From: Ylistrum balloti
Lineage: Eukaryota
DNA length: 64,000 nucleotides
NCBI RefSeq assembly: GCF_031769215.1
Contig: NW_026781979.1
Location: 62,001 to 126,000, forward strand
Direction of reading: 5' to 3'
The notes under the pieces are model-generated. The model did no database searches and was not told where the DNA came from. It worked only from the letters and a program-made list of their open reading frames with translations. This document shows, piece after piece, positions 24,791 through 53,000 of this stretch (its first letter is position 1; the number at the start of each line of letters is the position of its first letter). The position numbers and the translations under genes were made by a program.

Positions 24791-25783
24791 CATGTGCTGC
24801 TCTGAAAAAATATTACTTCTCTATATTTAGGACAACACATTGTCAGAGATATGACCACAACTAATACATCCAATAAAAGAATACCCATACACCTTAAATA
24901 CTTATCCAGTGACTGCTCTCATTCCTATTTTTCTCAAAAAATATTTTAAAGCATTGTTCTGTGATAATACCCACCACCTAATGATGATACACAGCCTCAT
25001 TATCCTGTGATTTCCGTTCGACTGTTTTCAAAGTAATGTGTCAATAATATTTATTTTCATTCAGGATTCAGGAATCATATTCCAAAAAGACTAGCTCTAC
25101 ATCTGATTTTTTCTTTTTCTAATCAAAGACAAAGTCATGACTTCCCTGTTATGTGATACACCTGCCCCACAAAGAGGGAAGACAACCAGTATGTTTCCTG
25201 TGGTATCACAACATAATTGCAAAATCAATGAAATCATCATTTTTATAATAAAAATCTTTGAAGTAAAAGAATAACAAAGGAGAAAGAAAAAGAATAATTC
25301 ATTTGCTTGGGTGGCAGGGATAAGACTGATAAATGATCAGATCCTTGGCAAGCCTTGCCTGACTTCAGTGTAATAGAAAATAAGCCTTCCATTGACACAA
25401 TCATAAGTTGGCAAGAAAATTACTAAAATAAGGATACAGCTGAAATTTATGTTTAACACATGCAAAAATCTTAACCTTCAGGTAAAGGCTTGCCCATCTT
25501 TTTCCTGAGGAAGTGAAAGAATTTTTTAATATATATTTCTATTAAGATCGGCGTGGGAGAAAATGGTATCCTATGCTAAACCAAAATTTAACAGTTTAAT
25601 CACAATGCCCCGATCTCTGATTATTTTAGTGATGTGAGAGGGTCAGTCTAACAGGTACAAGGTGTGTTATTAGACCAAACATTCTTACTCAATAGACCAG
25701 CTCTATACACACACAATACACCAACTACCTTGGTTAAAACAATTATTCTCATCTACTGAATTAAAGTTGTCTATAAGGTCTCA

Positions 25784-40981
<15,198 letters not shown>

Positions 40982-42084
40982 CTGTAATAAAGTGAAACAA
41001 TGAATCAATAATTAATCCTCAGGTATTCAAAGAATTTGCATACTTATGCATTACCATATCTTAATTCACACAAATATAGTCCTGTAGTCATGAAATGAAT
41101 GCATACATATCATAATTATCAAATAGGAGTCCCAACCTGATTGTATCATTCAATGCTCCTGTTTAATAGTGTAAATTTGCAAATACTCAGATCTTGTCAG
41201 GCGAGATTCAAATGATTTTGATGCTTAAAGAGAAGACGGTCGATGAAGATCTTTGATTTTCAATGTAGTTGTAACACTAATTTCCCAACTGCTTCCTAAA
41301 TGTGTGTCAATTTCTTTTATCTTATCAAATTTCTGCGAACTAATGATGCCAGTTTGATACTTGGCCTCTTGATTTCATCTTTAGAAGCTGTTTATAACTA
41401 TAAAAAACGTTTCCTGTTAACCTAAGTTGATGGAAAGCTATTTCTGTATCAATCAAAATGATCCACAATCTTGGCCACAAATAACACATAGCTAAAAGGA
41501 CTGAATTTACAATATTTAAATCCTAAATTTCATATTTTTTATTTATTTTTTTTTAAAATATGTATATCTTCTATTTTTCTTGGTCAATAACATTTTACAT
41601 TTTTCAATAATAAAAATGATATAATATCAAAGTATGCCACATAAACCTATTTAATTTGTACAGACACAGTTTTGGGGCCAATATTGCTGAAGGTAAGCTT
41701 CTATCCATGTAATATATGCACCAAAAACTATTGTCAAAAATTGTCCGGGAGGTATCAAAAACTGATCTGCAACTGCCATAATAACTGAAAAATATCTTCA
41801 TTCATTCTATTTCATTTATGATAGTGTTTACATATTAAATACAGGTATAATAAAATAAGTATTTTGTTTGTTGTCATTGAGTCATATCAGGTCATTTTAA
41901 GATTAGCAGATTGTAAAAATCAATGAAAAAGTGATAACAAAATGAAACATTTTTCATCCAGAGATTTGTACATTAATATCATTTAAAAAGACAAAAAAAT
42001 ATTACAAATTACATATATTTTTGTAATAATTAAATTGGTCTTGGTAAGACTTCTGCTGTATTTATTCTTTAGTAATTAACCTAG

Positions 42085-42460
42085 TGTAACCCTGGTATAT
42101 ACTAGTCACAATATACCGCTCAGCTAGAGAGAACTTCTCTTTAGCTTAGCGGGTTGAGTGTCAGACTAGTGCACCAGAGGTCTTGTGTTCAAATCCTAGT
42201 CAAGGCACTGACATAAATAATTAATGACCTGTTCTAATACATTGATGCCCATCTAGTGACTTGAGATTAATACTTAGCATTGCTATAACCCCATGAAACT
42301 TGAGGACAAGTTCTTTCCTGGAGGGGAAGTAAGTAACCCTGGTAAATACTAGTAGCTCTCTTTACCTTGATTGGTTAAGTGTTAGACATGTACATCAGAG
42401 ATCATGGGTTCAAATCCTAACAGAGGCATTGACATAAATAATGACCTCTGTTACAATAGG
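42085..42460 (+). repeat. Tandem pair (about 250-bp period) of tRNA-like SINE heads
   Basis: taaccctggta.atactagt ... tagcttagcgggttgagtgtcagact...gttcaaatcc...ggca.tgacataaataat..atgacct occurs twice. A-box and B-box (GTTCAAATCC) like motifs present. Confidence 0.6.
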
Positions 42461-43542
42461 TCAGTCATATCAGTATAACTTAAAACTCAAAATCTGGCTT
42501 GTTCCAAATCAGTGATACAGAATTTGTAAGCATTTTTACTGATGCCAAAACATACAACTAATAAGACATTTATAAACAATGGAAAACTTCTCAAAAAGCA
42601 TGACAGGGCTAATTACTGTCAGATAGCATGATACATATAAGAAACATTCAGTTCATTGTTTGTCAAGAGATATCATTATGCAAACTGTTAAAAGATCTAA
42701 TGACTGTAAATAGTCTTCTGTAACATTAACCTTGAAACCTTTGACACAAATGGAGCAACTGCTTGCAACTGTACTCAACAAATTTGGAACAACTTCACTG
42801 TTAAGAGAAACAGAACTCAAACACATCCTTTAAATTTCCATGGGTAACAATCCTCCTGACTTAAATATAATCATCATCCATGCACACAGGTCATTGATAT
42901 TTTTGTTAATAGTAATATCTAAGATTGTGCCCACATGAGGAGGAACGAAATGGAAATCATTTCCAAAGTTAACAATAAAATAGTTGGGTCAGCAGTAATT
43001 ATTACAGGTGAGTGTCTGATTTCACTGTCTTTACTAATTGTACTACTGTATGTATATGGTTTGTTCTAAATCTCAGCCAAAATTGACATATCTTGAACAA
43101 TTTTGCTCCCCTGAAGCTAAGTAAGTGTATTGGAATTTCTGAAAACCTTACTTTAGCAACTTAGCGAAATGTAACCTATCAACTCCATTTCCATACCCAG
43201 CAATGTTTACTAGTGCACTCACAGCATAGTGTCCTGGAGACATCGGTTTTACATTGACAACAAAAAGTTAAAAAAAAACAATAATAATTAAAGAATATAT
43301 CTCTTTGGTGATCATCAGCACGTGGCGATGTTCACTTAAAAATCAATCAATTAACAACAGAATTTGTTCAAAACACGATTAATAGATCTTTAAGATCATT
43401 CGAAGATATAGATATGAGTTGCTATCCTTACAGCCATGATCATGAGTTACTGTACAACTGGTGGCATATGCACGGTTTGTTTGGCGATAGATTAGCTCAA
43501 CATCTGGTTTTCTACAGTGGTAATTGTGAAGAAAAAACTCAC

Positions 43543-44011
43543 CTTGGCATGCAAATTGACAGATGATTTAAACAATTAAAGCGTCATTTCATGATAATGC
43601 TTTCTTGCACAACATTTAAATGTATAAATATTTACATTTTTAACAAGTGTCTGTCCATTTCCTGCTAGAATCTAGGAAATGACGTTTCCGCATATGATCA
43701 TGACGTCACAGCATCAATAATCGTAAAACTTTCTCTTAACTATTGAACATAAAGGAGATCACGGCAACGATTTAACACTGGCTTTGGAACGTTGATGTGT
43801 GTCTTTTCTTTTGAACTCAAACAACACTTAACGAGCAATTATGGAAATAAAGGCGGATTTTTGTATCACTTTTCGCTTGTGGAACTCTTCAATGTTGAAA
43901 ACAATTTTAGATCATGAAATCGTACTTCCTGTTTATTAATACTGGCGGGAAACTGAATTGATAATACCGGGACCAACATAACGCTTGACAGACAAAAGAC
44001 ATTTTACTGAG
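43543..44011. promoter_or_regulatory. Bidirectional promoter region TMEM184B / LIG1, with candidate non-coding first exon of TMEM184B ending at 43543
   Basis: Consensus minus-strand donor AAG|GTGAGT at 43543/43542. CRE TGACGTCA at 43701-43708, tttccg (ETS-like) at about 43685, and E2F-type GCGGGAAA at 43945-43952 upstream of the LIG1 ATG. Locally CpG-rich. Confidence 0.65.
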
Positions 44012-47000
44012 ATGCAACGATCGATTACGTAATGTCACATTTTACTGTTATGAATGTGTTACTATGTGTATACCATATGCTTTGTCTGTATTGAATTATT
44101 GCAGTTACGACTTCAGTAATGTTACCTTAAGGCTTAAGCGAATGCACACATTCTGGTCTGAAAGGAATATATTAGTAAAATTCTAAAACCAGTATTTCAT
44201 TTATTATGATGTAGACTGTGTTATGAGAAGAATTTTGAAGGGATCGTTTTTGCTTACTTAAAAACATAAATGGGGAAGCACACGTTTATTTAAAATATAT
44301 GCGATGTACATCTTGTATAACTAGACTAATGTTTTCCCTCCAAGGTGCATCACCAGGGCTCTCACACCCCATTTTGGGACTGGGGCCCGGGGCCTTTAGA
44401 ATTGGGGAAAATAACGTTGATTTCCTTAGAAGTGGGGAATTTGGGGTCTAAATTTGGAAAAAAAATACTAGTTTGCATTGGGAATATTCGGCCCCAAATC
44501 TGGCAGATCGAGAGCCCTGATCTCGGACCAGAATTGTGTTCCTTAGTTTGCTTAATCAGAACATAATTGCAGGTTCGTACATTGTGACCAGTTATCTGTT
44601 TAATCGAAAATCATATCGATTTTTATTGACCTTTGATATAATTATTGTAGTATAGATATTGAGAGTACAGGTCACCTCACTTATCCTGACTAATGGGAAT
44701 TTCTATTTAGTCCAGCGGTACATTATCTTTGAAGATACTGAAGGATTGCTGTTTCATTCCCCAGGAGAGGCAAACTTTTTTTCATTGCCAATGATTACTC
44801 CAAAGGTAAAACCCGTTGGAGATGGAGATGCCCTTTGCAGATATAGTCTTGGTTATTTTTGTCTTTGGGGTCAAAGACTTTGTGACGGAGGGGGTAGTTT
44901 CAAATTTATGAGAAAAAATTGCACTTGTAACAGTGGCTGGAGGAAACATCTTTTCAGTCAAGTGGTAGTGTCCAGAGCATATTTTATTACTCCTCCCTAT
45001 TACTGTCCAAAAGCATGTGGAGTTTTTGCATAGTGGTTAAATTTCCTTGTACCTGTAATGGATAGCACACATGCCTTTCATCAATGTATCCCAGGGTTTG
45101 ATTTTAACAATTTACTTGTTTAGACTTGGAAAGGAATAGGATCAGGTGCCCAACCCATCAGTCAATTGACAAAGGATATTCCAACATTCTCTCACATTAT
45201 TATTAAAGTTATTGTAGTTATTGCAGAAAACTGTAAGAATAAGCTCTTTCGTGTGTTGTTAAGATTGGGAAAATTTCCATAATATTTATGAAATCCACCT
45301 ATCCCCGTTTATAAGATAAAATATTTATAAAATGCTATTAAATCATTAAAGTTACTATTTTGTAAGTCATCCTCGATACTCTTAGGGTTGCAGTGACTTT
45401 CGCTCTCTGCACTCATGGAACATGTCATGGCAAATTTGAAGGCATAAGCAAAGTAATTTTATTGGTTCTAGGAACAAACAACTGACAAATCAGGGTTATA
45501 GCTCCTTTTGAGGGTATCAGTGGAGTGATATCTAACCTCAAAGCCACAACAATACACTGTAATGTGACCTCAAGTTCAATTTATGTAGGATTAAACTAGT
45601 ATTTTTTTTTTGTCCATGTGTTGCACACCTTCAGTTTTGCCATGACATGTCCAAGGGAAGCAGAGCACAAGTAACGCCTGGAGTATTGAGGATATTCGTA
45701 GGTTAAAGTGATGTTTTAAATAATAAAAAATGACTTCATTACTTCTAATTTCAGGTTGATTTTCATTTTGAAATAAAAACTTTAAAATTTATGAACAGCT
45801 GACATAGATATAGCGGTTTTTACTTGTATTATGGCTGTAGATTGATATTCTGAGAAAATGTTTTTCCTGATTGTTTTCTTGAATGTATGTTTAGTATTTT
45901 AATTACAATTTTATTATTTAGTTATTTTCTGTGTTTCTTATAATTACAGGGCATTCTTTGCTTCACCAAAGGTGAAGAACAAGGAGGAAGAAAAGACTTT
46001 AGAACAGAAGGATTCCAAAAAGTATGTCAATATTATATGAATTGAAAAGAGGTGAAGATTCAAAGTTTCAACTTAAAATTATGTATCTATTCCTGAGTCA
46101 AGATGAATTTTTATGATTGGAATATATTCACCAACTTGTAGATTCCAGACATTTTTTTTTTAAATTTCAATGAAAATTGACACTATTATTCAGTAAACAA
46201 ACACATCTGAAATGATGGTGGTTTTCAAGGTGGAGATCATGAAAATTTTCCGATGGTTTACTTTGAATTGATTTTAATGAGATACTTCCGACTCTAAACA
46301 CATGAACAATAAATATATTTTTTGGTTTTAAGGTTGAGGACTTTACAGGTGAATGGTCACAAAGGATCTTCATATTTCATTCTCACTGATATTGTCGAAT
46401 CACAATAATTAGTAGTGGAGACAGAAAAAAAATCCATTTGCTTTCAAATTTAATTTTTAATACTCAATATATATTAAAAGTTTTATCACTTAAGGTATTA
46501 GGGGTGTAATTAAGAACCACATTCTCTGACCTTAGCAATCTTCTGTTAATGTTACAATAAGGCATAGTCAACTTGTTAAACCTAGAGCAAAAAACATACA
46601 AATATGTAAGCACTGACAGAAAAAGAATGGGGCAAAAAATTGCAATTTACTTTGGTATAGAAATAAATAGGCCTAGACATACTGTAAGTATTAAGCCGAG
46701 TGAAATGGGTCTTGTGTGTTGATGACAACTTCCCAGTATCCAAAAATGGAACTTATCATCACTAGGGTTCTGTTATATGGACCAGTATACCTATCATTAA
46801 CAATTGTCATAAGGAAATGAAGGAAGATGGGGGCTCTCTGTACAATCTTTGCCACATGCCACGATGTCCAACACAATATATCACAGTGGTAAAACTAGGC
46901 CCACTCAATAACACATTTTCAAACTAAGTAAGTTTAAAGTTTTTAAAGCATTCAATTTGTGGCATGGAATCCTATTTCTTTCTGAATTTTGTGATCCCAG

Positions 47001-50000
47001 TCCAAAGTACAAACTTTCCTTGACTGTTGCTTAGGCATTAGCCATCACAATTTTCAAGGGGTGGCCTTTGCCAGATTCCAGTAAATACGATTGATCGTGC
47101 AAAGAGACTTCATATTTTCATGTGTGTGGAATGGATCACTAATGAATCTATACATGTTCATTGCTGAATTGATTTTTTTCTCTTTTTAAATAACTCAAAT
47201 TCAGTTCAAAATAAATTCAAAAGTTTGAAAATAGCGTTCTTTTGTTTTAAATTGCTGTTGATATCTCACAGTAAAAGTCACTCTGTGCCATATGTACCCC
47301 TTATGTCATTGCACCCTCATCAGTGCCCAGTATGACTAACAACTTGTCAGTTAAAAATAAAAGTGTGGATACAATTACAATGTGTCTTACTTTCCATGTG
47401 ATTTACACTTCTGACTTATAATTGTAGCTTTTTAGCTGATCTTGTTGAATACAATGTTTAAAATTCTCTGTTCTTCTGTCCATAGAAAGATTTGTCCAGA
47501 CAACTCTTCTTAACTTTGTCCACAGGAATATTGGTCATTATGTTAGATGTGCATGCAAGGTTTATTAAGCAAAAATTATGGTTGTCATGGGCAGGCAGTT
47601 ACAGGGGTACCATTTTCAAAAAAACATATGATGTTATTTGGTTGCTATGGTAACCATATAAGAGGTTGCTATGGTAACCATATAAGACCCATGATTAGAC
47701 AGATCTTTCCCAAACATCTAATGATGTGGACCAATTTCAGTGAAACTACACAGAAATGTTAGGAATTTAGTAGGTATGCAAATGTGCATGCAGGTTTTTT
47801 TTTATTTAACAGAAGTTTGGGTTGCCATGGTAACATCACTATACACAGGTTTTCATATAAAGTGCCATTACTTAGCCCTTTCATTGATTTTATTTAAATT
47901 TGATTAAATGCTATAGCTTTTATGGTCTCTAATTTGACATAAAAAGTGTTCCAACACCATTATGATGGCAATATTAAGGAGTCTTTTGATTGGTTGAAAT
48001 TAAGATATTATTTGATTTAGTTGAAAATTGGTATGAAAAGGTTATAAATGCTAGATGAATGCCTCTTGGAGGAATCTTGTTCAGACAACCTCTCCTAATC
48101 TATTGTTGATAAGGAAGCAGGAGGGGAGGGGGTATTAGTTGTATTTAGTTTAGTTAAATGTGGCAAATCGTAAAATTCTAATGTTTGTTATGTTGCTGTA
48201 ATTTATTATGTAATTTCAGAAATGTTAAAAAGAAATCTCCTCTGAAGCCTAAAAATTCTCCCCTACCAACAAAAGACTTGGATTCTCCAGTCAAAGCTAC
48301 CAGCAAAAAGAAAAGTCGAGCTCGAATAATAGAGAGTGATGATGATGAAGAGGAGGAAGAAAACACCAAGGAGCCAGAGGCCATGGAAACGGAGGAAACA
48401 GAGGAAACAGACCAGACAAAAGATGTAAATAGGAGTTTGTTTAAGTATTATATGTAGTTTTGGTAATGACTCTCAAATACTTAGATATATTTACTTCATT
48501 TGAAATTGGGGTTATATAGTATTCGACTAGTGTTTCTGTGCGTTGGTCTCTTAGTTGATGTTTTATGTATAAACATCAAACTTCGGAAATTGGTAGGACA
48601 TCTGAAGGTGGTGTATGGCATACTGAAAGTGGGTCACTGTGACCACTTTTTTAACTATGATTAACTTTGATTGTGATTATTAAAAAAGATAAGCATACTA
48701 GTAGTTGCCGGAGGATATCTAGGCCACTTTTTTCATTGAAGTATATGGCCTAAAGACTTCAGTGAGTGAAGATACTCCATTGAAAGGTAGTGTCTATGAA
48801 GGAACACATATTCTGGATATCCATGAAGCCCACACAACAAGTTCATGGATCTAATTCAAGTGCTAGTTTCAAGTTGGTCTGAAGGCATTTTTATCTTCCA
48901 TTTTAGAAAGAAATGACTGATGAAAAGGATGAAAAGGATAAAGAGAATGATGGAAAAGAAGAGGACTCTGGTATCTCATCACAGTCTTCTTCAGAAGTTA
49001 CAGCTGCCTCTCCAGTTGCTAAATCACCATTTGGAATTCCTGTTAGGAAAACTGGTTTGTAAACATTTTTAAAGATACTCCAGTTGAAACTGGGAAACAT
49101 TACAGCCTTTCATCAAAATTAGATCCATTAATGCGAGTCCTGAGTCCTGTACTCATGGAATTTGAATCGTAGAATTCCTGGATATACTTAAATTTTCATT
49201 GAGGGAACCATTGTTTTTAGCAATGAAATTGATAAAGACTTGTGTAAACTGTAGATTGCTCAATGTATTAAGATAACATCTTCCAACTCACTGATAATAA
49301 GTCATTCGAATTTTTATCTGTATTTAATCCTTGTACATACCAGATTTTTATTTGCGTTAATGTAATGATGACTTGGACAGAAAAGTGCACACTGCATATG
49401 TATAGTGTACACTTAAATAGGTTAAAATCATTCCTTGATACTTAGATGATGTTTTTTTTACTTATTTCCAGCTAGGAAATCCATGGGTAACAAAAGAAAG
49501 ACTTTGAACTATGATAATGAGAACAAGACACCATCCAAGAAAAACAAAGTCAGTACAGTGGAAGGAGAGGCTAAAGTAGTCGATAAATCACCTGACACAG
49601 AAAAATCTACAGGAGAAAAGGAAATGTTAGAACAGTCTAAATCAAAAACAGATTCTGTAAATGTTGAAGTGGATGATAATAAAAAGGAATTGGTATTGGA
49701 CGAAAAAGAAGTTGATACAGAAAAGACTGATTCACATGATATTGAAATGAAGGTATATTGTCTCAAAATTCTCTTTAGATATAATAATAATCTATTCTGG
49801 TCACTAACTATCTGTCAAGGTATCACAAATATATTTCCCTCATATAAATCAGTATGGTATACTCTCTCAGCTTTTGGTTCTATCTTAATAAACGACATCA
49901 GGTGGTGAGTATTAAAATTGTTCAAATAGACAAATTGACCCCGCTAAGTAAACTCAAATGAGTTGATTCAAAATGGAAAATATGGTTTTTGAGGTCACTC

Positions 50001-53000
50001 CAGCACTAAGAACTTGGTTTTTAGGATATGGAAAATGTTACGTATTTCAATACCCAAAAACACATTTAACATGCTGGGCATGTAGGGATAAATTTGCAAT
50101 ATGATAAAATGAGCTTCTTGGATATCAAAGTCAGTCAGCTGCTATGAAACTAAAGTATCAAGGTTTCTGTAAAAAGAAATGTAAAGATTTTGTTATTTCA
50201 GTCTGATGAAGAGCCGAGTGAAGAGAAAACAAGCAAAAAAGGCAATGCAAAAACTTCACCAAAAAACAAAAAGGATTCAGAAAAAAAGAAAAAGCAATCG
50301 CCTAAGGAGAAAAAAGAGAAAACGCCTAATGTTAAAAAAGAAAGTAAGAAAACAAATTCCAAATCTAGAAAAGGATCAGCAGAAGCAAGTCGACCTGCAT
50401 CAGACACGGAAATTGACAAAACAGGTGAGAACTGTTCTCCAAAATGTGTAATTTGCTCGAATGACGAAGAAACTAAAAACTATCTTAAAAACCTTTGTAA
50501 TGTCCAAACCTATGTATTGTATGTTGGTACGTTTTGGGGATGAAAATACTGAAATATGCTTCTACTTGCATGATGTGGGCACCCAAATTTTTAGTCAAAT
50601 AATGATCTCAGGATGTCATGAAATCAATCTCAGAATATTCAGCTAACATATATAGTGATACAAAGTCCAAAACTTGTTAGTGTTCTCTTCAGAATTTGTT
50701 TTTATCTCATTTGTTGACTTTCAATTACCTTGTTCCCTTCAGTTGGAGGTACATTACAACTGATGAATGAAGCTGCCTAATATTTGTGTACTTCTTGTTT
50801 GTTTTCATTGACATTTGACATGTTCTACTGTATCATACACTTACCTATCCAATTAACCTAGATGTATTTATCTTGTGAACAAAAACAATTCTCATACTAG
50901 ACCTGATCAACAGTGTTCAGTGTTGAAATCAATCACACAACTAATTATTACCTATTAATGGCCAAGCCAGGTAATTGTGATTTTGGTGGGTCAAGTTTTC
51001 TAGAGTCAAGATATCTCGCTGTCACATTGTGTGCACTCTAACTGACATGACTTGAGGACCCAACTTTGTGTATGCAAGTGATTGGTTTATGGAGCACAGA
51101 ATGCACTGTAGGCATGGATATGTATATCAGGGCTCTTGATTTGCCAGATTTGGGGCCGAATATGCAAAATAGTATCTTTTTTTCCCAATTTAGACCCCAA
51201 GTTCTCCCAATTCTAAGGAAAACACCATTATTTGTCCCAATTCTAAGGGCCCCAGCCCCCAGTCCCAAAATGGGGTGTGAGGGCCCTGTATATTGTCAGA
51301 TGAATAAATGATAGTTCAGTTTAAAGATATGCTTCGTAAACACCAATAAGACTGATTTTGATAAATAATAAATTGCATCCTTAATCTGATAAGTCTCATT
51401 CCACAATCCGCATACAAATACGTAAACCCTAACTTCTACCAATAAACATGAAAATGGACATGTGCTCAAAAAACAATAATTTCATAATCTACATAATTTT
51501 TAATGTTCCTAACAGGCCACTGTCTACCAATCGTTAATTTCCTGTCTTGCTAGTTACTATCACATTTTGAAACACTTGTCCTGATTTTGGTTGATATTGA
51601 CTCTCATTGTTTGCATTAATTTATACAATGATTGCCATATTTATTTTTGTAATTCATAAGGAAATCATCAAATCCTTCTTGTGTCAGTTTTGCTTATCAG
51701 ATAATCCCCAAAATCAATGACAGCACTCGCACAGAATCTTCAATTTTTCCTTAAAGAAAAAAATGAAAAATCCTGTAGTCAATTTGGTCCTTGCATTTCT
51801 CAATAAAAATATGCTCCCATTGCAAGGGTTTTTACTGTATACATTCTCTTCCCTTTAAATTGGACATGTTGTAAAATGCTATACTTACTGTAAATAAGCT
51901 GTCTGGAGTGGCAAATGTTAGTAGTTAATGCTTGACTAAACTTGTTAATGTAGATTTCCAATAGACTCAATCTTCAGTTCAGTATGATAAGAACTAGTGA
52001 ATTAAGATGTGAAAGAGAAAAAATGTGATATATTAACATATTTGATGGTTTCAAACTAAGTTTTGAAGATTTAAATACAATATATTCCTCAAGAATTGAC
52101 ATGATGCCTAGCAGTTTTAGATAACATTGCTTTGTAACATTGATGAAATGTATGCTGTTGTGACAGGCACGTAGTAAGAACTATAACACGGAAATAATTT
52201 ACCTATTTTATTGTAAAGTCAAAATGATTGTTAAAATCTACCTGTGTTTGTAGTTAGACTAGTGGAAGGATGAAATGTGGATAAGTTAATAAAATCTACT
52301 TGTATTTGCAGTAAGGTTAGTGGAAGGATGAAATGTGGATAAGTTAGATTGATTAAAATCTACCTGTATTTGCAGTAAGATTAGTGGATGAAATGTGGAT
52401 AAGTTAAAGTGATTAAAATCTACCTGTATTTGCAGTAAGATTAGTGGATGAAATGTGGATAAGTTAAAGTGATTAAAATCTACCTGTATGTGCAGTAAGA
52501 TTAGTGGAAGGATGAAATGTGGATAAGTTAAAGTGTGTATTTGCAGTAAGATTAGTTAAATGTGAATAAGTTCGAGTGATTAAAATCTACCTGTATTTGC
52601 AGTAAGATTAGTGGAAGGATGAAATGTGGATAAGTTAATAAAATCTACTTGTATTTGCAGTAAGGTTAGTGGAAGGATGAAATGTGGATAAGTTAGAGTG
52701 ATTAAAATCTACCTGTATTTGCAGTAAGATTAGTGGATGAAATGTGGATAAGTTAAAGTGATTAAAATCTACCTGTATTTGCAGTAAGATTAGTGGAAGG
52801 ATGAAATGTGGATAAGTTAAAGTGATTAAAATCTACCTGTATTTGCAGTAAGATTAGTGGAAGGATGAAATGTGAATAAGTTCGAGTGATTAAAATCTAC
52901 CTGTATTTGCAGTAAGATTAGTGGAAGGATGAAATGTGGATAAGTTAAAGTGATTAAAATCTACCTGTATGTGCAGTAAGATTAGTGGAAGGATGAAATG

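Noticed and set aside
42110-42210. Possible tRNA gene
   Set aside because: The acceptor and anticodon stems do not pair convincingly and the unit is duplicated with its flanks, so it fits a tRNA-derived repeat better.
44659-45033. 124-aa plus-strand ORF in LIG1 intron 1
   Set aside because: Non-ATG start, no domain similarity, and it cannot be fitted into the phase-consistent LIG1 exon chain.
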